Assembly (NCBI GenBank): GCA_001244265.2
Contig: CDLV01000020.1
Coordinates: 372,001 to 436,000, forward strand
Source of the DNA: Microbotryum violaceum
Lineage: Eukaryota
Reading direction: 5' to 3'
Length of the DNA stretch: 64,000 nucleotides
A program made the translations under genes and the position numbers. Below are positions 40,561 through 51,857 of the stretch, piece by piece; within the stretch, counting starts at the first letter, position 1; the number at the start of each line of letters is the position of its first letter. Under the pieces are notes generated by a model that was not told the origin of the DNA, did no database searches, and saw only the letters and a program-made list of their open reading frames with translations.

Positions 40561-40753
40561 CGTCCTGCCAAGGCTACGCGTTTTTCCACATGGTATGACA
40601 ACAACCTTGATTTTCAGAAGAAAATTCTTGTGAACGAAGCTTGAATGATGTAAGGTCACTCCAACTCACAACTTACGCACGAACAGCTTTGTACAGACTT
40701 GCGCTGTCAGAAGGTGTCGAAACCTGCGCTGCCTGAAGGTCTATGCCCGTCTG

Positions 40754-40845
40754 CATAGCAACCTTGCCCCCCCCCCCTGAAATAGGACGATCCCGGGATT
40801 ATCATCATCCCGGGATCGTCCCGTTTCAGGTTTTTTTTTGTTGCT
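40754..40845. mobile_element. Second copy of the palindromic mini-element
   Basis: catagca...cctgaaataggacgatcccgggat-tatcatc-atcccgggatcgtcccgtttcagg-T-tract-gttgct; same core as 11173-11254. Confidence 0.75.
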
Positions 40846-41005
40846 CAGTGGGCAGTCGGACCGAATGAAAGCACAGCTGGCGCAGTCATTCGTTTATCCT
40901 GCAATTGTACTGGAATGGGTGGAGAATGACTTGGGACTATTTATTGAACTGCTCAGAACTAGTAACGAACAACAATCAAAAAGCCCATCGCACACGGTGG
41001 TGAAG

Positions 41006-43275
41006 TCAGAGCAAAGGGATTAGTCGCTCAATCTCCGAGATGATAGCTTCGTGAGACATCGTCCCGGACGGACCCCACAACTCCCCCAGCTTGGCCTCTT
41101 CCGCAGCCACCCCGAAATCATTGAATTGGTTATGGAGACCACAATGGTGTCGCAAGATATCGACCAGTTGCTTGATGTTCGTCCATCGTTGTGCGCAGCC
41201 TTTCAAAAGGTTGTGATACCTGGTGTTCAAGCGAAGAATGTATTTGGCGTCGTAGGCATCTGCGGCCAAAGCCTTGTTCCATTTTCCCCAGGTAATCTGA
41301 CCCTTTGGCGCCATGACAAGCTCTTCATTGTTGCCCTGATAAGGCTCGCGGAACGAAGATTCCATTACGACGTAGAACAGCGACTTGATGTCGTGCCACC
41401 GTTCGTGGACGACACGGAGCGGCTGTTGTGGCCGGGCGAGGATCGAGCAGGCGAGGTAGGGCCACGTGCCCTGTGAGACGTCGTCTAGTCCAAAGGTTAG
41501 TGCTGGTCAGAAACTTCGTTTGGATAAACATACAGAGGGGAGGACGCACGGATCGTATTCTGTGGTGCAGCTCGTTGCAAGGTCGATCATGCGGGACGGC
41601 GAGGTGATAATCGATGAGGGCGCCGACACCGTCGTGGTCGATGACGACGTTGCCGTACGAGATATCCCGGTGGATATACCCCAGCCTGTAGAGGTTTCGG
41701 TGTCCTGCATTGTCATGGGAACGCGCGTGTCGGCTAGGGAGCGCAAACGCAAGGCCGCCCAGTTGATTCCCGTGATCACCTTTGACGACTCCAAGTACGG
41801 CCTGGGCGAGTTCCCTGGTCGTGGTCGCCGTGTTGAGGGGCCGATAACACTGTCGGTGGAAGACCACCTCGAGTGCCCGGGGCCCGATATCATCGAAGCT
41901 TTCATCATCACCGAGGAAAGTTGGAAGCGTGCGGAAGTCGTCCCGGTAGATGCCGGCGCTAAGGCTTAAACCCTCGGTGCCGATACGCGACGCAGCGTGC
42001 ATCTTGCGACATAGGGCAATCGCATCGTCGAGGCGGGATTGCTCAGCCCATGCGACTGTCATAACGTACTCGGTGGCAGATGTAGGCAAGCTGATCGACG
42101 TGGGGTCGACAGGCGCGTGTCTTGCGGTAACGCGAAAAGCGGAGGTTGCACGACCCGTGCAGCTTCGACGTCGGAAGAGGAGCTCCTGGATCTCGAGATT
42201 TGAGATATCGCCGAGCTCGGACTCGAAGTCGTGGGCGCGGGTGGGAGGAACTTGTCCGAGACGACAAAATTGCCGAAACCATCGTCGACCTCGTTCGTCG
42301 AGGCCAGCATCCCGAGCCCGTTGTCGTCGAGTTCGATGAGGTGTGACAGCACGCGCCGGAGCAGCACGGCTTCCTGACCGCACTTGCGGGGGGTCGTCGT
42401 GAACACCCCACACGCGTTGACGAGGTAGACTTGAAGTACGTCCCGCAAAGGGTGACCCCGATCGCGTGGGCGCGGAGTGCGGTCGTGCAGATCATGTGTA
42501 GCCGCCTAAGCACTTGGTTACGCGCTTCTGCGCTCTTCGTGTTGCTCTCTTTCACCTCAATCGCCACTGCAATCTGCGAGTATGCGCGTTGAGGCGACGG
42601 AGGCGTGCCTTCCACCAACGTTGGGTCCTCTGACTGCGCCCAAACGAACGAAAGATCGGGGGAAGCGGCCACCGCCGCATGCGTCAATATGACGGCGTCG
42701 GGCGTCTTCTCCTTCTTCTCGCGATCGGAGCTTGATGTAGCTACCCGAGTTGTTGCATCCGAACAGATGTCGATCGCCAGTCTACAGCCGGGTGCATTCA
42801 TGATCGGGAGACAGTGGTCAGTCATACTCGTGCGGTCGAAGCCAAGCGAGAGCACCGAGGCACTCACCACATCCTTGATCGCGTTGGCGATCTCTCTCAT
42901 CGCAGCCTCTGTCCCCAATTTTCTGGTGGGCTTGGGGATCTTGGCCTCGTACTTGGAAGGCGTGTCGAGAAAGTACTTTTCCATCGCTTTCGAAAGTCGA
43001 GGTTTGCCCATTCGCGCGAAGAGTTGTTGCTCCCTCGCTTCCGCCGTGGCCGACATCGACACAATGGAACTCGACTTCATCGGACTCGAGTGTGGTAAAG
43101 CATCGACGAGGCCCGACATGCCTGATATCGCCCTGGTCGAGTCTTGTCGTGGTTGATTGGCTTGCGCGTCGGCGTCACCGGGGTGCGAGCCGACGAGCTG
43201 GGCAGTTGTGTCGGCAGCGATTGGGTGGCGGCGGGGGCAGGGGGCGCAGGTGTAGACGAGACGCGGCGCATTCAT
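41006..43275 (-). CDS. Fungal-type protein kinase (FunK1) copy 2; two 1-nt homopolymer frameshifts (real or assembly error)
   Basis: TPD..IL, IEVKE, IHRDISYGN, LIDYH, GTWPYLA, HDIKS; same two introns as copy 1; single-base losses at ~42443 and ~42240 relative to copy 1. Confidence 0.8.
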
Positions 43276-43313
43276 TGCGCTTGGGCGGGGGTGGGGGCGA
43301 CGTTGGACACTGT

Positions 43314-45715
43314 AGGACCCCCGAAAGCCCGGCCTGAGGCGCGTAGTGCCCGACTGGACAAATTGTGGGCCTCAGATGGGCCAAAATCGCGAAGGCGCGT
43401 AGTCAGGGGTGGACAAATCAGGGTGCGCCGTGTGGGTGGGTCCTAGGCCCGTAGGTGCCAGTGGACAAATCTCGGCCCATTTCAGCCACGTTCGGCTTGG
43501 TACGCCAGAGTTTGCCGACCCTCAAGAACGTGCGGAGCGCGCGCGAAACACTATGGCCTCTACCTAATTCACAACAAGGGCTCTAATGGTTCGATTTTGC
43601 AATTATAGGCCTCTTGCCTGGTTGAACGAGCCGTCTCGTCTTAGTGCGCCGTCTCTTGCCTCCCCCGCCGCGTCGCGTCGTCTGTGCCATCATCGTCATT
43701 ATCCTACGTTCTCGCTTCAGCCAGCTTCGACGAAATGTATCTAGACGATCCGGATATCGAGCTTCTTGACGATGATTTCGAGTGAATGGCACCCTTCTTG
43801 GACGTGAGGGTGTCTTGAGCTTCTCGCCTTCCGCTTCGACAACCCACTGCAGACACCCAGATAACCCAGATACAGCTTTCATGGTCGACAGACGAGCCTC
43901 TCGAGTCTGATACTCTTCCTAGGCCGCTCGATGCTTGGAGGGACAAGTTCAAGGATCGTGGAGCAATTACTGCGGCGCGTAAGCAGGGTTACCGGTCAAT
44001 TGCTATCGCTGGGCACCGGCTGCCTTTCGGTGTCGAAAGGATCTGGCGGCATATAGATTACGCCGAGCGCATGCGTTCGATCGTTATCAGTAGCCAAAAG
44101 TAGATGGAAATATTATCTGGGTGTCGACATCGAAAGTCAGCCTCTCATCGTTAAGGCTCTGGAGGTGCTGCCGCCACTGCTCATTGAGGAGCACTATACC
44201 CCCTCAATGATCCTCGGGTGTAGTGCGTTCTTGCACACGCGGCTCGATTTCGTTGGTAAGCAGCCAAGTTGTTCGTCTGTTCGATGGCGTGGTTGATTGG
44301 GATTCTTTTTCGTGCTTTTCCTATGGACAACGTGGCTTGGAGAAAGGTCTCGTCGGGAGCCGAAAGAGCGGAAGTCAGTTGAACACGCTGTTCGCTCTTT
44401 AGCTGCTCTTGGCCTTAACAATGATACTGCACCGTAAGTTGAGTGCAATGAGACCTGTACCAGCCTCCTCTGAGCTGATAACTCATCTCTTCCGATTCTA
44501 GGCTTGCCGTTCAGCAGGCCTATGACGAGGCCGATGCTCAAGCAGAGGAACGCTTCCTGCTCGACGTCATTGTAACAGCAAATGAAAGCTTGCCGGGTCG
44601 TGTAGGTTCATCTAAGCAATTGGTTTCGTGTAGCAACACTAAATGGAACCAGCTTTCTTTCACAGGCTCAAATTCTTCGGCTCCCATCCCTTCTGCGTCA
44701 CGACACTCGTCAGCTTGCGCTTGATCCGAAAAGCTTGATCGAGCACCGTCGGGCACATCAATGTGCCCACCTCAAGGCTGTCCTACTCGAGGAAGGCACG
44801 GCGCCCCCACCTCGACTGCCCAAGATTTCGATCCCACATCAAAAGCAAAATTGTCCAAGCACGGTGAAATGCACTCCAGTGTCCTCCGAGGCTTAGTGCA
44901 TTCAATGGGTGCAGCCCGTCTCGAAGCCGTGTCAGGAGTTGCGAGGTCCATTCGTTGGACAGGACAAACGGCCTTCAGTCGCTTTTCGACCGCAAACGAG
45001 ACGGAAAACATAGGGTACATCGAAGACAGACGTAAAGACGTGAGCTGCAATTGTGCTCTGCACATATGGCCCAGAGAGTGCTCATCAATAATATCCATTC
45101 TTGCCCAGATACGGATGCAATTGCGAGCAAGGCAATACACGGCATTCGCCAAGATCCCACCGTTTGGGTCGATCGACGGAAACGTCACGTCAGCTACGCC
45201 TTTGTAAATCGGCTCTCTTGTCTGCTTTGTGTTGAAACGAGGCATAATACCTGCCAGTTGTGCCAGCAACGTAGGAGAAGAACTGTCGAGTGGACTTGGT
45301 TCGTACACCTCACGGTAGCTAGCTTACTGCTTCGCAGAGTGACTGCAATCGATCTTACCTCTCGTTGTACGTTACATGTATACCATGGCCACGTTAAATC
45401 ATAGTCAAAGAGGTAGGCAGTAAGTGCAGGTGAGGAGCCTTCGGCGAAGCAGAACTGAAGCGGCTGACGCGCGCGCGGGCTCCGGCGATTCGGTCCGGGC
45501 GAAAAACGTCCGGACGGCGTTTTCGCGATTTTTGAAGATGTTTTATAGCATTTTGAAGCAATTCTAGAGCTATTTTTTGAGGCGCGTAGATAAACTGGAC
45601 ATTTTGGGGACCTTTTTGGCCGAAAAATCCAAAAATTGGTGGACAAATGAGGTCCAAAATCGGGAATTTTGGCGGATTTTACCTACGCGCCTCAGACTGG
45701 GCTTTCGGGGGTCTT
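43314..45715. mobile_element. Non-autonomous TIR DNA transposon, 2402 bp, 33-bp TIRs, 8-bp TSD GACACTGT
   Basis: TIRs 43314-43346 and 45683-45715 match at 30/33. Identical GACACTGT at 43306-43313 and 45716-45723. Subterminal AGGCGCGTAG..TGGACAAAT repeats; decayed internal + strand reading frames. Confidence 0.9.
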
Positions 45716-46009
45716 GACACTGTTGGACATCTGCATATCTGCAAGGTCAGAACACGGCCCGGCCGACGCCGACGGTCCGATTTGGCGCTCGACGACGTTC
45801 CTTTCCAACCTCGTCCCGCTCGCACACCAGCAACAACCTCAGCCTCATCCGGCTCACTCGATTGGAGTCGACCTCGGTCGATATTCGGCGGCTGTCCAGC
45901 CAACGCTAATCCCTTACGGTCTCTACACCGACCATTGCCTGCCAGCCGCCTACGTCATCGCCGACACTCGCCCCACTCGTCCCAGTCCCCAGTCGCTCGT
46001 CGGCCCGGC

Positions 46010-47413
46010 ATGCAGCGACCACAGCTGGCGCCGCTGGTCAGAGTCGCATCGAAGATGAAACCTACCTCGAAGCCGTTGAGAGGCCAGACCTTTTTCTCCT
46101 CGTCGGCTGCACCAAGAGCTCCTCCGCCGCGGTATCGCCGCTTTGGTGACCCACGGGAGCCTCTGCGTCCACCACGGGCTGCATCGGAACAGGCTTCCGC
46201 TACACCCACCGCTTCTCCATTCCGGATACCGAGGATACCTGGTTTGCCCGGCTTAGGCGGTGCCGGCGGACGATCAGGTCAATCGGCCAAGTCGCGCGGT
46301 CCAGCGCTCGGTCCAGGTTTCTTGTCCCGATTCCGTCGACCACCGGCGATCGTCGCCCTCGGCTTGGGAGGTGGGACAATTTACTATATCGCCAACCTCG
46401 AACGTGTCGAGAGGACCGGTCGGCTACGTTTCATCGACGTCACGCCAGAACAAGAGGTCGAGATGGGCCTGCAGTCGTACAACGAGATCATGCGGCAGTA
46501 CAAGCGCCTGATCCTGCCCAACTCGGATCCAACGGCCCGATTCGTACAGGGCATCGTCAAGAGGATCGTCGAGGCCAATGAGCTGCATGCCCATAGTGGG
46601 GATGGTCAAGTTTCGGCAAAAGAGTGGGAAACGCATGTCATTCGGGATGAACAAAGGAACGCATTCGTCCTACCCGGAGGAAAGATTTTCGTCTTTTCAG
46701 GTCAGTTTCGGTGTGGCGTTGCTCGCTGCTGAGATTACGGAGCTGACGTCCTGAATTCGTTCCAGGCATTTTACCCATTGCGAGAGACGCCGATGGTTTA
46801 GCAGTCATCTTGGGCCATGGTGGGAGCACTTCCGCCGAGTATCTGTACGATGTCGTCTGCTTGTTCTGACGAGCCTTTCCGGAGTTGACTGCAGAAATCG
46901 CACATCAAGTCGCTCGACATTCCGCTGAGCGCATGTCCTCTCTCAAAGTAGGTGATTTTATGATGAAATCTGTGATCTTCACGAGGTTTGATCAGACAGC
47001 ATTCCTCACAGGTCCTCTTTGGTCTGTCGATCCTGCTCGAATCGCTCGGCATCGACCCTGGCATTTCGCGCGTCGGACTCAACCTCCTCATGACGCTCCC
47101 CAACTCGCGCAAGAACGAAGTCGAAGCCGACTTTATCGGCCTCCAACTCGCCGCTGCAGCATGCTACGACCCTCGTGCGGCAGAGGGGCTATGGAAGAGG
47201 ATGGAAGCTGCTGAGGGGGGTACCTCGTCCAATGGGTTGGGCAAGAAGAAGGGTATCAATATGGACTTCTTGAGTACGCACCCGAGTAGTCATCGACGGG
47301 TCGAGAAGGTGCGCGAGTGGGCCAAGGACGCGCTCGAGCTGAGGCCCGATCGATGTGGACCGTTGAAGGAGTATTCGGTAGGGTTTAGGCAGGCGTCGGG
47401 GACGAGGTGGTAG
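46010..47413 (+). CDS. OMA1: Mitochondrial metalloendopeptidase OMA1 (peptidase M48), 4 exons
   Basis: TGRLRF, NAFVLPGGKIFVFSG, spliced LGHEIAH (HExxH), SRKNEVEADFIG, FLSTHP; Arg-rich presequence-like N-terminus. Confidence 0.95.
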
Positions 47414-48931
47414 AATGGGAGTTGACAATATGGGTAGAAATGCGGTATAGAAGGGTTAAAGGATGTACTTGTGCTTATCAGGTTTGTTCGAAGTCGGACG
47501 CCGACACTCACTTGGATCTCCCAATGCAGTGGCTCCAAGAGCCGACCGTTTCGCTCAATCCCACGTGGGTGGGACAGAAAAGGCATATTACGAGCATATG
47601 TTGCATCAAGTGCACTATAAAGCATCGCGGTCCCAGTACCTTTGAATGTAGCGTATGATCGGAGCACACCACTTTGGCTAGAAAGTTAACGGCCAAAGCG
47701 AAGTTTCCCGCCCGCTTACCGCTTCATACCCTGCCAGGGTCACTGCTAGGGTCGGATTCGCATTCGAAAGAGAGCTAGTGCTTAGTCGTAGGATATAGGC
47801 GGACTAAGGGTCAGGTGGGCATATATCCGGCAACGGCCGAGATCCCTGGGAGGCGGCGGCGGGGCCAGCAGAGGAGACCGTGCAGTCGTGGACTGCCGGT
47901 GTCTTGTGTGATCTATGGTTTATGATATGATGGTCCAGCGGATCTAGCGTTTTTTTAATAAAGATCTGGCTTTTGAACAAGACAAGGGTAGATATTATGA
48001 CTGCAACTTAAGAATGAGGATCGCCGGGCGCGCCGACCCCTATCGCAATACTTTTTGTCGAGCCCTCTGTCCTTGAGGCGACGAGGCTCCCACATGCCCA
48101 ACTTCTCCCTCGTAAGAAAAAGGCTCTTAGGTCTACGTCTTGAACCTGTGGCAAGGCGCCATCAGTTTGACTTCGAGTTGGAGCTTGCCGAAATTGAGAA
48201 CAAGCTGAGGCTCTCGGAGTTGCGGCGGACGATTCGGAAGTTGAGGGAAGACGAGCGTGCAATCAAGTTTGAGATTGTGCAGACGCGGACGATCGAGAGG
48301 TTCGCTTGGTGAAGAAGTTGGAACAAGGGTTTGAGGCTCACCGGGACTGAAACAGAGGAAAGGAGACACCGAACTCCGATATCGTTCGGGCAGAAGTAAT
48401 CGGGACCGTCTTTCGGTTTTTTTAGACAAGCGGGTACACGATATGAAGACAATGGTGGGTAGAACGCTGCGTTACATGAAGCAAGGGCTTCAATATCATC
48501 AGTGAGGGCACTGAGTCTGCGCCAGCGGCGGCGTTCGAAGTTGGCCAGTCGAGGTCCCACCGCAAGAAAGCAAGATAGGGGAAAAACTGCTCTAGCGCGT
48601 TTTGCTCGCACTGTCCTCTTCGGCTCGACTCCTTCGCTGGAAGCGCGGTGCGGACTTAGTAGCTAACTTAAGCGGTTTTACGTCGGTTCCGAAAGAATGT
48701 GTATTGGAGTACTCCTGAAGGAAGCTCGAGTTTAAGTTTGTTCCATCCGTTCCCTACTCTCGGCGTTGCCGTCTGCCATCTCGGCCGCAACTCGGCCTTG
48801 TAATCCGGCATCTGCTCAGGAGACAGGAGCGCGTCGGAAGTCAGCTCGGATCCGCTGGCCCAGTTTCACCCTACCAAGTCCCAACGGTTCGCTGCTTCAC
48901 ACGCTTTCGCACGGCATCAGCCGTGTTCAGC

Positions 48932-49173
48932 AGGACCCGGGAAAGCTCAGCCGAATGTGCGTCTCGGAGATTTGTACTTTCGGGCCTATTTCTGCCTTGT
49001 GATATGCTACATGACATGATTTTTCATGGTAGAGTAACCTTTTCAACACAACCCGATAATCTGCTTTTACACCGGAATACATACACCCCTTATATAGGGA
49101 TATTCGGTGTACAAATCGGCCTAAAAACGGGTTTTTTTCGAGACGCACCTTCGGCTGAGCTTTCCCGGGTCCT
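48932..49173. mobile_element. 242-bp MITE, 35-bp TIRs, 8-bp TSD TGTTCAGC; same family as 43314-45715
   Basis: TIRs 48932-48966 and 49139-49173 match at 34/35; TGTTCAGC at 48924-48931 and 49174-49181; AT-rich non-coding interior. Confidence 0.93.
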
Positions 49174-49459
49174 TGTTCAGCCTCACTTCCGGTCTTACGG
49201 CACTGCCGCATCCGTCAGACTTCTTTCCTTTCTCTGCCGCTTACACCTCATACCGCTCTTCGTCTATTCAACTTGGGCCCTTCCCTTCAACAAGACCCCC
49301 ACGGCGCACGCTCCCGATCCCACAGCAGCGAGCAATTGCCGACGGCCAACTGAGTCATTTACCCCTAATCACGGGGCGACCTGATACGTGTCGACTGTTT
49401 CACATCCACGGGACTCTTGACCACGACCAGAGCACACGTCTACCACAGCGCCAGCCATC

Positions 49460-51534
49460 ATGTCGACACCAGCACAATCCCCCATGACACCTCAGCAGGC
49501 GATCACCATGCTCGACCGCCTCTTTGGTACGTACAAACTTCTTCGTTTGTGGCGACGGACTCACGGACCGCTTCCAGGGAGTTCCGCACCGGCTGGAAGA
49601 GCAAAGGAGGGAAGAGCTGACTTTTGAAGGAGGCGATTATCGCAGGGCCTATGATTGTTGGCGTTTTCTTGCAAACTTTCGTCATCGGGATCCTGTTCGT
49701 TCAAGCGTCGCATTACTTCTCTAGGTCGACGCCGGATCCTCTTCTTTGTAGGCAAGTCGGTCCTTGGCCTGCCGCTTAGCATGTTGCGAAGGCGCGACGC
49801 GGGAATCATACGAGGAGATCTTAATGGTGTATATTTTCTATTTTCGCCTCGCACAGGATCGTGTTGATAGTCATCGGTTTAGCGCTCTGTGCCAAATCGG
49901 TGCTCGACATCCAAAACGTGTATCGTGATGTGAGTTGCGAAGCGCATGGTTGTCATGCCCACTTCATCTAGGCTCTGCGATCGTAATGAAAAGCATAGCT
50001 GTTTAGCCAGGCGACACTGACTTTTGTTTTGCCTTCATACAGCACATCTTTGCCGTCAACGATCCCACGGCTTCGACAATCTCACATCTGCTGCTCTCGC
50101 GAACCATTCTTGCGGAGGTGCCGCACTTTGCCGCGCAGTGCTTCCTCACGTTCCAAATCTGGGTCGTCAGTCACTTGAGCATTAGTTGGTGGGGAAATAA
50201 TACTGATAATAATCGTATGGCTGGCTTAGACCTCGGATAATATGATCATTCCAACGCTCGTCGGCGCCGTCGGTTCCCTCCTTTCCTTGGCACTCTTCAT
50301 CGTCTTCGCCAGCAAGCGCGGTAAGCTTCTTCGACGCTGTTTCTTTGGGCAATTCCGATACTGAGGGGCCTGCGGTAATGTTTATAATGACCAACACCCC
50401 AGTGTTGGATCTTAAGGCTGTAGCTACCGCCACGGACGTCACAAAGTGGATCCCTCCCTGGGTGTTTTCCTGCGCGGTCCGTCCACCTCAACCCGCGGTG
50501 TAGCGGCCGAAGGACTAATCACTCGACGTGTGCGCATGTCTCGCAGGCCGTCGATGTCTACCTTTCCCTCGTTTTGGCTTACTTTGTGCTGAAGACGAAG
50601 AAGCTGAAACCCACCTCTCGGTAAGCTTAAACTTCTTAGACTTTGACTAAATCATTATCTAAGTGACGACCTGTCCGCTGACCTGTCCTGGCCTCTTTGG
50701 TTCGTTTGACAATCGTCCCTCCCGTCGTTACATCGTCAGTTTCGACATGAACGTGATCGGACAAATCGGTTCTACGGCCGTCACGATATGCCTCCCAGGA
50801 GCCATCATGACCGTCCTCATGGCAATTCTCGAGATCAGCGAAACCAAGGTCGAGGTGAGTTTTCAAGTGTCGGCGCGTTATTCACTTCCCGGACGTTCAG
50901 GGAGGGGGGAGAGCGCTCAAAAGTCTCCGCCTGTTGCAGATTTGGATGTTCTTCGCGGTCCCTTTGGCTAGCGTGTACTGCATGTGTGTGCTATATGCGC
51001 GTAAGTACGGTTGTAATTTTCATTCTAACTCTCGACCAACGCATTCATTCATCTCTCTTTGTGTTTCTGAAAATCTCCCCCTGCCAACCAGTCAACTCAC
51101 GCGACGACCTGACCGAAGGCTCGTCCGCGCACGCCTGGTCCAGCCATGAGCACGGAACTGGAATCCATGGCCACGGCGGAATCGGTTCCGATCCTGGGAA
51201 CTCTAAAGCCCATCCCGTTAGTACCATCTTCACGCGATCCAAGGACCCGAGGAACCAACAGACCGGTTCGTTCGCTGCGAATGGGGAAGCGGGTAATGCC
51301 AATGGCGATCTGGAATTGGCCGAGCTGGAAAAGGGTGACCATGGTGCAACGCTTGAGGAGGATCAGGATCCCGATCAGGGTGGTTTCATTCCTAAATCGA
51401 TGAAGAAGCATCGCAAGGGGATGAGGTCTGGAGTCGAGTTTGAGGTGCAGGTCACGAGGACGATCGAGAAGTATGATACGTTCGACGATTCGAACGTCGA
51501 GAGGATCGAGCATCAGTTTGCAAAAGGGCAGTGA
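49460..51534 (+). CDS. Multi-pass membrane protein, DUF6534-like basidiomycete 7TM family, about 9-10 short exons
   Basis: GPMIVGVFLQTFVIGILFVQASHYF, AQCFL, AVDVYLSLVL, VY...VLYAxNSR followed by a hydrophilic tail; pattern typical of this family. Confidence 0.75.
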
Positions 51535-51857
51535 TGAGGGTGAAGTTCAACGCGTTGAGGATTTCACGGGCTTGGTACGAGTTGAAGTTTCACGGAGCTG
51601 GGGGAATTTTCTAAAATTGCATGGGTCGAGGACTTGGAAATATGATCATTTGTGATTACACTTTGATACACACATGGCGGATGCTCAGCCGAGCCATTCA
51701 CCTCGGTTAGAATCGGTTACTAGGAACTGTTGAAAATAGCCCCACTCGTGACACTGTTCGCTCAGGCGCGCTCGTGTGGCTCTGCTTCCGGCCGAACTCC
51801 TCCAAGCTTTGCGGCTCGAATCCGCCCTCCTCACCGCCTGACCACGCACCATCGAGC

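Noticed and set aside
43337-43470. Regularly spaced repeats as a CRISPR-like array
   Set aside because: Eukaryotic context, degenerate units and no cas genes; explained as subterminal transposon repeats.
44772-45308. 178-aa minus-strand ORF inside the TIR element as a transposase
   Set aside because: No DDE or DNA-binding motif; splice signals favour the + strand.
43308-45722. Alternative boundary with 6-bp TSD ACACTG and TAGG/CTTG termini
   Set aside because: The related MITE independently gives a longer 8-bp TSD with perfectly matched AGG/CCT ends; extending the ends by one base creates a terminal mismatch in both elements.
48055-48611. Coiled-coil-like ORF fragments between OMA1 and the MITE
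   Set aside because: No start or splice support and no family recognised.
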